From the NCBI GenBank assembly GCA_000934665.2, contig KZ538137.1, forward strand, positions 62,001 through 126,000: 64,000 bases of DNA, written 5' to 3'. Shown here one piece after another: positions 63,378 to 64,000 of the stretch; positions within the stretch are counted from its first letter, which is position 1, and every line of letters starts with the position of its first letter. Both the position numbers and the translations under genes were made by a program. The notes under the pieces are model-generated. The model had not been told where the DNA came from and did no database searches. It worked only from the letters and a program-made list of their open reading frames with translations. Origin of the DNA: Catajapyx aquilonaris. Lineage: Eukaryota.

Positions 63378-64000
63378 AATAGTTTATCCTATTTAAGTGG
63401 TCATTAATCAAGTATGTTGTGCATGACCTATCTCAATCATAATAAAACAACAACAACCCCATCCACCCACAATATTCCATTGCACGGTACATCATGCTGC
63501 CATGACATCCATCTGCTATCCCCATCCCCTGTACTGCATATCTGACATTGCATGTTCCCTTATCCTGTACTGTCTAAAGGCATCTAGACATGCACTTCAC
63601 ATACATAGGCATTGGTCTCTCAAATTGAGAAACAGAGCAACTATGTTTTTACATCACTCTGGACAGAGGAGACTGGAACAAGTAATCAATCTGCTTCCCT
63701 TGTTAGATTCTGTGTGCAAATCTGGAGAGACGTTTGTTTATTCATCCTGTAGTCAGAGAGTACGTTACTGCTACGTTACTCCTTGTAGTGGCCACAAGCA
63801 AGTGGGAAGCAAGAATTGTGCTTGCTGGGCATCAATCTCTGATCAGAGCCACTCATAGTTTCATAACCCTCCAACTTGATTCAGACCAGGAGCCATAACA
63901 AATAACCAGAAGTAAATAATTTTCCTACCGAAGAAAGTCAAGAAATGACGCCATACTCTGTAAATGTAGGATAGTGCTATAGCTGAGCATCAACATTGTG

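Noticed and set aside
1..64000. Prokaryotic systems (CRISPR arrays, operons, phage) or autonomous transposase/RT genes
   Set aside because: The sequence is spliceosomal-intron eukaryotic DNA; no repeat-spacer array or transposase/RT ORF was seen

Overview
Gene-dense eukaryotic (animal, most likely arthropod) genomic DNA with seven intron-containing protein-coding genes. In order: (1) a 5'-truncated LEV-9/Hasp-type secreted WAP + CCP(sushi) + Ig protein (+, 1114-18995); (2) QTRT1/tgt (-, 19685-21494); (3) DOLPP1 (+, 21816-24397), head-to-head with QTRT1; (4) a four-exon, Pro/Ser-rich gene with a C9orf43/DUF4647-like CxHPQCW motif (-, ~27330-29429); (5) SCAI (-, 32882-42840), with two consecutive GC-AG introns; (6) XRCC2 (-, 43599-45600); (7) a FUBP/KHSRP/Psi KH-domain gene (+, 46575 to beyond 61091), head-to-head with XRCC2. 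The introns carry many MITE-type inverted repeats and a tRNA-derived SINE. The most interesting signal is in the sushi gene: a tandem pair of paralogous CCP5 exons that look mutually exclusive, flanked by complementary intronic elements resembling docking-site/selector RNA pairings, followed by a candidate 21-nt in-frame microexon. All exon boundaries were read by eye from splice signals and frame continuity. No database search was run.
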